A DNA stretch of 64,000 bases from Thermodesulfovibrionales bacterium (GCA_035622735.1 DASPUT010000077.1:2645-66644), one strand, 5' to 3'. Positions 28,401 through 36,927 are shown, counted from the first letter of the stretch. Made by a program: numbers and translations. Notes: generated by a model not told the origin, from the sequence alone.

Positions 28401-29632
28401 CGATGCCCGGCATGATGAATTCCTTCCTCAATGTGGGTCTCCACGAGGCTGCTGTCGAGGGGCTTATCGGGCAGACGGGCAGGCCATGGTTCGCATGGGA
28501 CTGTTATCGGCGCTTTCTGCAGTGCTGGGGGATGTTTTTTGGCATAGACAGGGACATCTTCGACGCCATTATCGATTCGTTCAAGCGGAGGTACGACGTC
28601 GGCGTCAAGATTCAGTTCACGCCGGAGCAGATGAGAGAGGTTGCCTTCGCGTACCGGGATGCCATGAAAGAGCACGGGGTCTCTGTGAGTGACGACCCGA
28701 AGACCCAGCTTGAGACGGCGATCTCCCTCGTCTTTCGCTCATGGAATTCAGAGAAGGCCCACACCTACCGCGAGATCCTCGGAATCTCCGAAGACTGGGG
28801 AACCGCGGTTATCGTTCAGGCGATGGTATACGGAAATCTCGATTCCACTTCAGGTACGGGCGTCCTCTTTACCCGCAATCCGTGGGGTTCCGGCGACAGG
28901 GCGATGCTCTGGGGCGACTTCACGACGGGGGCGCAGGGGGAGGACGTTGTGTCGGGACTCGTGAAGACCCTCTGCATATCCAATGAGCAGAGACTCATCG
29001 AAGAACGGACGTCGGACGTCTCGCTCGAAGACCGATTCCCGGAGATATACGGCGTTCTCCTCAAGATCGTCAAGGATCTCATCTATCGGGAGAAGTGGGG
29101 GGCGCAGGAGATAGAGTTCACCTTTGAAGGCGAGAAGGAGGAGAATCTCTACATCCTGCAGGCCCGCGACATGGCTGTGACGAAGAAAGACAGTCTCACC
29201 GCTTTCGTCCCTTCGGCAGAGCTGACAGCATGCTATCTATCGAGCGGGATCGGGGTAGGCGGGAGCGCCCTCAGTGGAAGAGTCGTCTTTGATTTCTATG
29301 AAATGGAGAAATTCAGACAGGAGGACCCTGCCGTGCCGCTCATCTTGATCAGGGCGGATACCGTTCCTGACGACATCGGGTATATCTCGGCAGCGGACGG
29401 ATTGCTCACCGCGCGCGGCGGCGCGACCTCTCACGCAGCCATCATCGCCAAGAAGCTTGGAAAGACCTGTATCGTCGGCTGCAGCAAGCTCGTCGTATGC
29501 GAAGAAGAAAAAAAATTCCGGTTGAACGACAGGGTGATCAGCGCAGGCGATTTTCTGAGCATCGACGGCAGGAACGGCTCGGTCTATCTCGGCAGTCACA
29601 GGGTGGAAGAGATACAGTTTCTGACGGCATAG
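25451..29632 (+). CDS. PPDK/PEP-synthase-like dikinase with ~900-aa uncharacterised N-terminal extension, lacking the PEP/pyruvate-binding barrel
   Basis: From about nt 28150 there are PPDK N-terminal ATP-grasp blocks: NKGYNLVKLASLGIPVPPGFIITTEAF, VRSGAAVSMPGMMNSFLNVGL, GTAVIVQAMVYGN and TGVLFTRNPWGSG...GAQGEDVVSGLV. A swivel phosphohistidine domain follows (LLTARGGATSHAAIIAKKLGKTCIVGC, His codon 29432-29434). The ORF stops ~65 aa later. The start (GTG 25451 or ATG 25460) is uncertain. Confidence 0.8.
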   Translation: MVWMGRERDSDTSAFLPPKYGVLREVVRDYPSLLAGTDQLLIRLNAHRNGQEAVLEELRAYALKHFSIHDHHERGPEAVGVIISVFIEAMDSPHSHVRAAAADSLLFYLEKILEGAGPDIEKYAHVLSECFSRLSLLSGDGLLLLAANPHQVKKLGRQILDKKCGSLDIACYDELLSRCLLTTYDYWLKEEDLLTHCRDRIDFALTEKECGALEDLFYPVSHANLKELIIHVKDLKTTNVKDPRAYLEELLKLPGYMQVAGYYEDLIGLLPKTGDRERYHVLKMILLSRFLETRGLGSIHENTLREMSRTLVGIVKTENHRVREFLTESIGVLKKCFVTYPEATLYCIQAVGNEVFAQGDSNLVEWFIQNVISVGFQYPDVAGLTDEWQVRSNKNHLKNIRVWLELIENNPKWSKSLISALIINLRLGGVHINDTDLFQKDVTRVLESDIEPVYWFIKQLAQVFPVYFNEINAEGSLRDVSTALDVAAKNADPLVHFLRKYCHVESSSLIVDLIEETLTFFLTKDRSPLERFLPEDVYRQVSASGPYIDDMSTIFASLFKERGMHQVAELLGLDERDIRALVHAIPGVPQREKERACLAIKLYQLLYEKYRLSPQNIVEELRRFSTMGLPNSDALIAVLREGDTSQRLDEILKYLQLLKDIILSPERYEAVEDISRKRHIAAGIPSMYGKYSEKKFNALSLTFRLENLANILFEELTETFHYRFITRAALVRIDKCLHLFFRALRLDGIFSNRLDNMLELLTGALEEMRFSFSQYLDIFRGFSEGVQDILNTYYSGIHKTNLKNLILQLGQEKILPKYLDTHNGRNEFEFVNTVTERFLRDIVSGSFGLQQLDNFISRILRTLFEQAEGLDIRSLHLLLNYDPKKALSAVHVANKNTDDRIHLGNKGYNLVKLASLGIPVPPGFIITTEAFRCMPAISQFRPVRDHLHEGIGDQMGELEKLTGKKFGDPANPLLVSVRSGAAVSMPGMMNSFLNVGLHEAAVEGLIGQTGRPWFAWDCYRRFLQCWGMFFGIDRDIFDAIIDSFKRRYDVGVKIQFTPEQMREVAFAYRDAMKEHGVSVSDDPKTQLETAISLVFRSWNSEKAHTYREILGISEDWGTAVIVQAMVYGNLDSTSGTGVLFTRNPWGSGDRAMLWGDFTTGAQGEDVVSGLVKTLCISNEQRLIEERTSDVSLEDRFPEIYGVLLKIVKDLIYREKWGAQEIEFTFEGEKEENLYILQARDMAVTKKDSLTAFVPSAELTACYLSSGIGVGGSALSGRVVFDFYEMEKFRQEDPAVPLILIRADTVPDDIGYISAADGLLTARGGATSHAAIIAKKLGKTCIVGCSKLVVCEEEKKFRLNDRVISAGDFLSIDGRNGSVYLGSHRVEEIQFLTA

Positions 29633-29667
29633 GAAACGACAAAATCATTAAAGGAGGGCTTACTGCG

Positions 29668-30933
29668 ATGACCGAAAGAGGTGCGAAGATGATCTCGGAA
29701 AAAAAACCGGTACTCGGCATAAACGGCTTGGGCAGAATCGGGAAGCTGTCCCTCTGGCATCATATAGGCAGAAAATTCTTTTCCGGCATCGTCGTGAACG
29801 TGGGCAGGAAGGCCGGGACCAGCCTCGAAGACATCGCCCTTTACATCGAAAAGGATTCCACCTACGGAGCCTTACACAACTATCTTTACGGGTACAGGTC
29901 GCAGAGACTCATAGGGGATCTGGACGAAGAGAAGGGGACGATGCGCATAGACGGCATCCCGGTTACCATTCTGAGGGAAAGCCGCAACCCCAAGGACATC
30001 GCCTGGAAATACCACGGGGCGAGAGTGGTCGTGGATGCCACCGGGAAATACGTAGACCCGGTCCCGCCGCCGGACGCGAAAGACGGCTCCGTGCGCGGTC
30101 ATATCGAGGCGGGAGCAGAGAAGGTCATCGTTTCGGCGCCCTTCAAGATTAAGGAAAAGGGGCGTCATCTGCCTGAAGATACGAAGACCCTCATCATGGG
30201 CATTAACGACGAAGTCTACGACCACACGAAACATCATGTCCTGTCCGCCGCGTCGTGCACCACGACGTGCCTTGCCTATATGGTCAAACCCCTCCTCGAC
30301 TACTTCGGCCCGAAGAAGATTCTAAGCCTGTCGATGGCGACGATCCATGCCGCCACGGGGTCGCAGGAGGTGCTCGACAAACTGCCGAAGGCCGGGGCAA
30401 CGGATTTGCGCAAGACGAGAAGCGTCCTGAACAACATAATCCTCACGAGGACCGGCGCCGCGAAGACCCTTGAGCAGGTGATCCCCGAAATGGGCACCAT
30501 CGGGTTCATCGCCGAATCGGTGAGGATACCGACTACCACAGGCTCTCTCATAATCCTCGTGATCGCCTTTCACGACGAAGAGGACAACCCGCTCATCAAC
30601 AGGGCCCTCATCAACGGCATCTATCGCGATGCGGCAGTAAAAGAAAAGAGGGGGTATCTGAAATACACCGATGAACAGAATGTCTCGACCGACATAATCG
30701 GATATTTCGGCCCCGCCGCGATCATTGAAGGGAACGAGACGCATACGCGAACCGCTGTCGTTACCCTCGATGTGGCCAGACTCTGCGGAGAAGTCCGCGA
30801 AGGCGCAGGGGCCACCCTGAATATCCCCATCACTCAAGCGATAACGCACGGCTGGTACGACAACGAACTCGGGAGCTACTGCAACATGCTCGGGGACTTG
30901 ACCGTGAAGGTCGCCTCCACGGTTTATCAGTAA
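29668..30933 (+). CDS. glyceraldehyde-3-phosphate dehydrogenase family protein, long form (~421 aa)
   Basis: AGGAGG at 29652-29657 lies before ATG 29668, so the 29497 extension overlapping the upstream gene is rejected. Family blocks present: GINGLGRIGK, SAASCTTTCLAYMVKPL (SCTTNC-type active site), RTGAAKTLEQVIPEM, VRIPTTTGS and WYDNELGSY. Confidence 0.85.
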   Translation: MTERGAKMISEKKPVLGINGLGRIGKLSLWHHIGRKFFSGIVVNVGRKAGTSLEDIALYIEKDSTYGALHNYLYGYRSQRLIGDLDEEKGTMRIDGIPVTILRESRNPKDIAWKYHGARVVVDATGKYVDPVPPPDAKDGSVRGHIEAGAEKVIVSAPFKIKEKGRHLPEDTKTLIMGINDEVYDHTKHHVLSAASCTTTCLAYMVKPLLDYFGPKKILSLSMATIHAATGSQEVLDKLPKAGATDLRKTRSVLNNIILTRTGAAKTLEQVIPEMGTIGFIAESVRIPTTTGSLIILVIAFHDEEDNPLINRALINGIYRDAAVKEKRGYLKYTDEQNVSTDIIGYFGPAAIIEGNETHTRTAVVTLDVARLCGEVREGAGATLNIPITQAITHGWYDNELGSYCNMLGDLTVKVASTVYQ

Positions 30934-31139
30934 TCTTCGGGTCATCGAGATTACGGAGGGTCTCACGGGTGAAATACACGATCTCTCCTGCAGTCGCCGG
31001 TCCCACAGGATCTCCCTTCATGAGCTCATCTGCCGTTCCCTGTTTGCCCCCTTTCCTTGACACCGGCACTTTCGGTGCTATCTTTTAGATAGGAGAGAGA
31101 ATATCCCTCGGAAGATAATTTAATAAGGAGGCTCAAATT

Positions 31140-31568
31140 ATGCCGGATATTCTTCACAGAGTTGGAATTAAAGCAACATCCCAAAAGATTTTTAAAGCCC
31201 TGTCCACTACTGATGGGCTTTCTCACTGGTGGATTGTGGGTACAAAAGGAAATCCGAAACGAGGTGGAATTATTGATTTCGGGTTCGCCAATATGAGAGT
31301 TGTGGAGTCAAAGGCCAACAGAGTAGTGAAATGGAAATGCCTGAAGGGACCAAAAGAGTGGGTGGGTACGGACTTAACCTTTGAATTGAAAGCAAAGAAA
31401 GATCAGACTTTCGTCTTATTCACGCATGCCAACTGGAAGAAGCCCGATGAATTTATGCGGCATTGTAGCACCAAGTGGGCCATATTTCTTTTGAGTCTAA
31501 AAGATTGGCTGGAGAGGGAGGAAGGCCGTCCTGCACCTTATGATGCCAAAATCAGCGTTGGTGATTAG
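31140..31568 (+). CDS. SRPBCC (AHSA1/START-like) domain protein
   Basis: AAGGAGG lies upstream. The pattern ILHRVGIKATSQKIFKALSTTDGLSHWW...KWKCLKGPKEWVGTDLTFEL...FTHANW is typical of Aha1-like SRPBCC proteins. Confidence 0.75.
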   Translation: MPDILHRVGIKATSQKIFKALSTTDGLSHWWIVGTKGNPKRGGIIDFGFANMRVVESKANRVVKWKCLKGPKEWVGTDLTFELKAKKDQTFVLFTHANWKKPDEFMRHCSTKWAIFLLSLKDWLEREEGRPAPYDAKISVGD

Positions 31569-31898
31569 GCAGATTTCTACACAGAAGCCCCACTGAACAG
31601 CATTTGTCCACGTGAGTTGCAGTAGACTCACACTTTCATATAGAGGCCTTGTCCTGAGCGTTGAGATTGCGCGGTAAGTACACCGACAACTCGATACAAC
31701 GAATATTTTCGCTGGAGCAAGATTTCCGATTATACCTCACACGGTTCTGTATTATCCCCATCTAGAGACTTCATGTGGTCGACGAAAATGTGACTTATGG
31801 GATTATAGTAGTACATCGTTGAAACGACAAACGCTTACGGATTAATAGTTGTTTTTGTATTTTTAGATAAGATCCTTTATGATATTTCATCAATTTTC

Positions 31899-32231
31899 TT
31901 GAGAATATTTGAGAAAGAGAGCTTCACTGAATCGAGGTTGAACAAAAGAAGTGCCGACCGTAGATCTTCTCGGTGCGAGTATTCTCTTTGCCTTCTCGAA
32001 AACTTACCCGGATTTACTCGTTATGGGGCCTACTGGCAGTGCTGGCTCCCCTTTCAGACAGGAACCATTATGAGCATGGGCAGGTACTTGATGGTCTTTT
32101 TCCCCCTGACGATCTATGCCCGTTGTTCATTGAAAAAACAAGCTACGCTGAGAGATGTCACGCTTATGACCTATTCATCACTTCTTGTCGTTTTCGGTGC
32201 GCTGTTTAGCAAGTTATATTTAATCGAATGA
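31899..32231 (+). pseudogene. probable 3' remnant of a GT-C type membrane glycosyltransferase gene (frame-broken)
   Basis: Two overlapping frames each carry membrane-protein-like pieces: ...IYSLWGLLAVLAPLS in the 31973 frame, and SMGRYLMVFFPLTIYA...LLVVFGALF in the 31899 frame. There is no plausible N-terminus or ribosome-binding site. Confidence 0.3.
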
Positions 32232-32235
32232 ATGT

Positions 32236-33573
32236 ATGAAAATGAAAGATAGACATATAACCATTTTAGGCGCAGGGCCTGCAGGTCTTGCCGCCGCTTA
32301 CTATGCAAGAAAACAGGGACTACCCTTCACCATATATGAAGCGAGTAATCGGATTGGTGGTAACGCAATTACCGTGCGGCACGGTGATTTTCTATTTGAC
32401 TCCGGAGCGCATCGCTTTCACGATAAGGATTGGGAAATAACGAGAGAACTAAGAAATCTGATGGGCCAAGACTTAAAAAGAATTGATGTTCCCAGCAAAA
32501 TCTATTACAACCACAAGTTCATAGATTTTCCGCTTTCACCACTCGATCTGTTCAAGAAGTTGGGATTACGCACTTTTATGAGGGCGTGCCGAGAACTGGT
32601 AATCGCAAGGATGAAGAGCAGGAGGGAAGTAGAGAATTTTGAACAATTCGCTCTGCGCACCTACGGTAAGACGATAGCTGAAAATTTCTTGCTTAACTAT
32701 TCGGAGAAGTTATGGGGGGAACCCTGCGCTAAGCTTTCGCCTCACATCTCGGGGAAGAGAATGACCGGGTTGAATGCAAAGACATTCCTGAAGGAAGCTC
32801 TTTGGGGAAACAGGGTGAAGACAGAACATCTGGATGGGTCATTTTATTACCCTGAAAAGGGCTTTGGAACGATTGTCGAGAAACTTGCTGGGTTCTGCAT
32901 CGAAGAGAACGTTCGCAGGAATGCCAAGGTAACAAACATTTACCATGATCAGAAGAGGGTGGTCGCCATAGAAATTAACGGCGACGAACGAAGAGAGGTT
33001 CTTGATGTGGTGAGTACGTTACCGTTGCCTCACCTTGTAAAACTTATGGTCCCTTCACTACCGCAAGAGATTCTGTTTCTTGCAAATGATCTCCGGTTTC
33101 GCAATCTGATTGTGGTCACCGTCTTTCTGAATAAGGACTCGATCACGGGCGATGGATCTATATATTTTCCTGACCCGACATTCCCCTTTACCAGGGTATA
33201 TGAACCGAAGAACAGGAGCACATACATGTCTCCAGCCGGAAAAACATCACTCTGCGCTGAAATTCCTTGCTTTGCAACAGATGAACTATGGACCATGGAA
33301 GATGATGACTTAATTGAATGTGTTTCTTCCTCTTTTGTGAAACTCGGATGGGTGAGGAGAGATGATATCTTAGACTCTAGAGTCATAAAGATACGGTTCG
33401 CCTATCCCCTCCTAGAGGTCGCCTCTGAAAGAAAGAGCCGGACAATTATTAAACATTTCGAAACTTTCAGTAATATAAAAATCTCAGGAAGAAATGGCAG
33501 GTTTCTTTACGCGCATTTTCATGAAATGATGAGATTCGGTAGAGATATTATTGAAGAATATGTCTCCTCATAA
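32236..33573 (+). CDS. FAD/NAD(P)-binding oxidoreductase (amine-oxidase/protoporphyrinogen-oxidase-like fold)
   Basis: Dinucleotide-binding N-terminus ITILGAGPAGLAAAYYARKQGLPFTIYEASNRIGGN followed by DSGAHRFH. Confidence 0.8.
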   Translation: MKMKDRHITILGAGPAGLAAAYYARKQGLPFTIYEASNRIGGNAITVRHGDFLFDSGAHRFHDKDWEITRELRNLMGQDLKRIDVPSKIYYNHKFIDFPLSPLDLFKKLGLRTFMRACRELVIARMKSRREVENFEQFALRTYGKTIAENFLLNYSEKLWGEPCAKLSPHISGKRMTGLNAKTFLKEALWGNRVKTEHLDGSFYYPEKGFGTIVEKLAGFCIEENVRRNAKVTNIYHDQKRVVAIEINGDERREVLDVVSTLPLPHLVKLMVPSLPQEILFLANDLRFRNLIVVTVFLNKDSITGDGSIYFPDPTFPFTRVYEPKNRSTYMSPAGKTSLCAEIPCFATDELWTMEDDDLIECVSSSFVKLGWVRRDDILDSRVIKIRFAYPLLEVASERKSRTIIKHFETFSNIKISGRNGRFLYAHFHEMMRFGRDIIEEYVSS

Positions 33574-33601
33574 AAGGTAATGAAGAAAAAAGAGTGCTTC
33601 T

Positions 33602-35302
33602 GTGAGGAATAAACAATCCTCAATGCGCGGAGGAATCCCGTTACTTGTCTGGAGCGGTTCCATTTCCGGTATTCTGTTTGGTGGTCTCATAATGGTCCTC
33701 CGCGTCTTTAATGGTCAACTCGAAGTTTTGGCAGGTAAGCTTTCCTCGGCAGGAAAATGTGTCAGTTGTAGCCCGGCGACATTTGAAATGCTTAATATCT
33801 CTATCGGAATGGCGCTGATTTTTCTGTCGCTCTTTTTCGTCGCGAGTTACTTTCATAGAGAAGAGATCGGAACTTTTCTTAAAAAGACTTATTTGAAACT
33901 TATCGGCTCTGTCATAGCGATTCTTTCCCTACGCATTCTCTTCATTTCCCTCGGCAGGTTTTTCCTCCGAGATGAGCTGGAACACGTTCATGCGGCATGG
34001 TATATCATGAACAGCTTTGTCCCCTATACGGAGTTCTTCGAGCATCATCACCCTCTGCTATGGTTCGCCATCACACCCGTGCTTGGCACGATCGGATATT
34101 CAGCGGACGCACTTCTCTGGCTCAGGATCGCGATGTTTCTTGCGACGGCCGGAACAGCCTTTCTGACCTATGCCATTGCCAGGCATATAACTAGATCGCC
34201 GGAAGCGAGTCTTCTATCAGTCCTCTTCCTGCTCTCGACCGTAATGTTCGTGGACGCGGGCATAGAGATCAGGCCCGATGTGCCTCAGGTGCTTTTCGGA
34301 TTGATCTCGGTCTATTTTCTCTTGCTTTTTCTCGATAGGGAGGAGACCAGATACATTTTTTTTGCAGGGCTTGCCGCTTCAGTCTCGTTCTTGTTCTTAC
34401 AGAAGAGCGTTTTTTTGTTGATAGCCTATTGCATGATATTCCTCTTTAGATTGATAAGGGGAACCATGTCCGTCAGGTCTGTCATGTATTTCATTCTTTC
34501 GTTCTCTTTGCCGCTCTTCTTTTTTTTCGTATATCTGATCCTGTCCGGGGCATTCAGGGATTATTTCTTGATGAATTGGCTTTTCAACATCCATCGGGCA
34601 ACAAGAATCCCGGCGCTTCTCACTTTCAAAGTCTCTTTCCTTCAAAATACTCTTCTTTGGTTGCTTTCACTATTTTCGGTGATTTTTCTCTTAGGAAAAA
34701 GGGAAGTCAACGGAGGGCTGAAGACTGTCGGCTTTATCGGTGCAGTGCTTCTTGTTGTTTTCGGTTTCGCTAAGAATGCCGCTAAGCAATATTGTCTCTT
34801 TCCTATTCCTCCTCTCTGTGTCTGTTCTGGGTATACCATAAAATGGGCCTTTGAGAGAATGAGATTGCGAGAACCCCATAAATTGGCAATCATCGCTCTC
34901 TTCCTGTCTGTACCGATGTCTATTCTTTTCATGACGATACTACCTTCAAACCAGAGGCAATTGGAAGTAATCGATTACGTCATTAAGAATTCCCAGGAGA
35001 CTGATTTAATCTATGACGGCGATGTTAAATTTAATCTGTTTAGAAGGGATATACATTACTTCTGGTTCTATGCAAATGCAAGCGAGGACACGATAAATAT
35101 GTATAACAAAATAACTCAGAACAGCTACCTCGAATATGACGTCTGTGCACTGGTCAAGACCAGGAGACCAGTATTTATCTCTGACTTCGGACTCGATATG
35201 AAGAGGTGTCGATTACTTGATCTCTATGAAGAGACGAGATTCGGCGGCCTCTACAAGAAGCGATGGGGAGGCTTTGCAGTAAGTGGTCCAAGAGCAGAAT
35301 GA
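33602..35302 (+). CDS. polytopic GT-C type glycosyltransferase (ArnT/PMT-like)
   Basis: More than 10 hydrophobic helices. The early loop LRDELEHVHAAWYIMNSFVPYTEFFEHHHPLLWF resembles the Asp/Glu loop of GT39/GT83-type enzymes. An alternative start is ATG 33623. Confidence 0.65.
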   Translation: MRNKQSSMRGGIPLLVWSGSISGILFGGLIMVLRVFNGQLEVLAGKLSSAGKCVSCSPATFEMLNISIGMALIFLSLFFVASYFHREEIGTFLKKTYLKLIGSVIAILSLRILFISLGRFFLRDELEHVHAAWYIMNSFVPYTEFFEHHHPLLWFAITPVLGTIGYSADALLWLRIAMFLATAGTAFLTYAIARHITRSPEASLLSVLFLLSTVMFVDAGIEIRPDVPQVLFGLISVYFLLLFLDREETRYIFFAGLAASVSFLFLQKSVFLLIAYCMIFLFRLIRGTMSVRSVMYFILSFSLPLFFFFVYLILSGAFRDYFLMNWLFNIHRATRIPALLTFKVSFLQNTLLWLLSLFSVIFLLGKREVNGGLKTVGFIGAVLLVVFGFAKNAAKQYCLFPIPPLCVCSGYTIKWAFERMRLREPHKLAIIALFLSVPMSILFMTILPSNQRQLEVIDYVIKNSQETDLIYDGDVKFNLFRRDIHYFWFYANASEDTINMYNKITQNSYLEYDVCALVKTRRPVFISDFGLDMKRCRLLDLYEETRFGGLYKKRWGGFAVSGPRAE

Positions 35303-35709
35303 AATCCGAGATTTCACTTTGCTCTGTTCGGTGTTCTATAGTCTATCGGCATAAAAATCGAATTTACGAAAGATATAAGAATATGAACCGACAGAGATTT
35401 TGGAGATACCGCATAATAGGGCTCATCGGTGGCATCGGGAGAAAGCCTCAATAGGTATTTCTTTCCGGAAGAAACCTAGCATTTGTAACAGAACCGCATG
35501 AGCGTTGACTACAGGAGGAAGAAACCCTGATTTCTTGATCGGTCTCATCGAACAATTATTAATAGCGATAATCGTGACCGAATGAGTTGACACCAAGTTA
35601 GAAAAGGCGTTTACAACAGCTGTCAAGAGAACTGCTGTCTAGTGCATGTGAGTATGTCTGTTTAGACGCTTCCCTCTATCAGCTATTCCTCTAGCAACGT
35701 GTATCGTCT

Positions 35710-36927
35710 TTATCGTTGGCTATCTCTTATCGCCATCACTCCGGCTTTGTCACGACTCGATTCCCCTTGCATGGGTTCGGAACCCGCCTCACCGAAATCC
35801 ACAAGATCAAAGGTAATGGGACTCGAAAAGATTAGACCGAGTCTCACCCAATACTTTGCATTGTTGAAACTCACACACGGGACATTAATGGCAGATGTCT
35901 GTGCGTCATAGGCGGCACACATTCCGTCATCCACCGCCTGTGAGATTCCATACGTCTTTAAGATGAATCCGTTCTTCATCTTGAGTATTGAGTCTTTGAT
36001 CTGATCCTTCAACGGAATGTTATCATCGGGTTTGCAATACTCTCCGCAGTTTAGCGATGTATATTCATGCCAATACGGCGTGCTCGCAACTTCTGCGTCC
36101 GAGCGAACTGTGAGCGGGGTATTCTGGATGTTTATGTTCTCGGCTACGGGAAGATAAGAGTTCAGAGGACCTGAGATGAAATCGCCCAATGCCCAATAAT
36201 TCACGGCCCCCCTGGCATCGGGCATGCAGCCATCACAACCTCCCGCGGTCAATTCCGTGGACAACCAGAAATTGGTAAAGGTTGTTATGTAAGCGTATAC
36301 ATTATTCGAATTCAAAGGGTAAAAAGGCATTGTCGTCGGCAATACCGGAACATTTACCGTACCAATCGGCGAGCTGAGGGTAATGTCAAGATCAGCAACT
36401 ATCGGCGACGGCCCCTTTGATTCAAGCGCCAAAGCCAAATACGTGAGAACCGTACCCCAACTATGGGAAATGACGACAAATCTCCCATTCTCACTCAGTG
36501 CCCTTTCGTAAGATTGTCTCAACATCACGCGGAGATCCGCCACGGTTTCAGATGTCTTGTTCGCATCTCCCGACCATTGATAGGGAAGAATCGTTATGCC
36601 ATCGCCCTGACCCAAATCCATCGGGGAAGATGTCAACGCAGAAAATAGGTACAGATCGTCAGCTTGCGCGCTGCCCGAAGATAGCGTGTTCGCAAAACTG
36701 AGTCCATCAACAGCGACGACATAAACATTGCCGGGCAATGCGAGATCAAGCCAATAACGTGAATCTCCGAAACTTAAACAAGGGATATTTAGCGTGGCGG
36801 AATCGATGTTCACACTCGCGCATTGATCGGCCTTTGCAAAGGAGGGAGACAAGAGCATTGTCAGTACGGTTAATGCGAGAAACAATTTTGAGATACCGTT
36901 TGATCTAAAGTAATCACATCTATTCAT
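35710..36927 (-). CDS. secreted alpha/beta-hydrolase-like (lipase/esterase) protein
   Basis: GGAGGAGG lies before ATG 36927; the longer ORF to 36999 lacks a ribosome-binding site. Signal peptide ...LTMLLSPSFAKA. Nucleophile-elbow-like motif VVISHSWGTVLTYLAL. A duplicated Cys/Trp motif is present near both termini. Confidence 0.55.
   Translation of the reverse strand: MNRCDYFRSNGISKLFLALTVLTMLLSPSFAKADQCASVNIDSATLNIPCLSFGDSRYWLDLALPGNVYVVAVDGLSFANTLSSGSAQADDLYLFSALTSSPMDLGQGDGITILPYQWSGDANKTSETVADLRVMLRQSYERALSENGRFVVISHSWGTVLTYLALALESKGPSPIVADLDITLSSPIGTVNVPVLPTTMPFYPLNSNNVYAYITTFTNFWLSTELTAGGCDGCMPDARGAVNYWALGDFISGPLNSYLPVAENINIQNTPLTVRSDAEVASTPYWHEYTSLNCGEYCKPDDNIPLKDQIKDSILKMKNGFILKTYGISQAVDDGMCAAYDAQTSAINVPCVSFNNAKYWVRLGLIFSSPITFDLVDFGEAGSEPMQGESSRDKAGVMAIRDSQR

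Noticed and set aside
29497-29667. The upstream extension of the GAPDH ORF (start at 29497), which would overlap the dikinase gene by 136 nt.
   Set aside because: The extension translates to an Arg-rich, low-information sequence. A strong AGGAGG at 29652-29657 precedes ATG 29668, and the GAPDH NAD-binding motif begins shortly after that ATG.
30322-30966. 214-aa minus-strand ORF, together with similar long antisense ORFs at 23308-23877, 59046-59930, 60452-61039, 7138-7827, 27080-27664 and 24720-25310.
   Set aside because: Each lies entirely inside, and antisense to, a gene with strong family motifs (GAPDH, manC, ftsZ, ftsA, the GT2 fusion, the dikinase, atpZ/atpI). Their translations are Arg/Pro/Gly-rich with no motifs. 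They are typical shadow ORFs of moderately GC-rich coding DNA.
35423-35626. 67-aa minus-strand ORF in the 35.3-35.7 kb spacer considered as a possible transposase or integrase fragment marking the island border.
   Set aside because: I could not support any diagnostic transposase motif (DDE, HTH) or flanking inverted repeats. The sequence is too short and too featureless to call.
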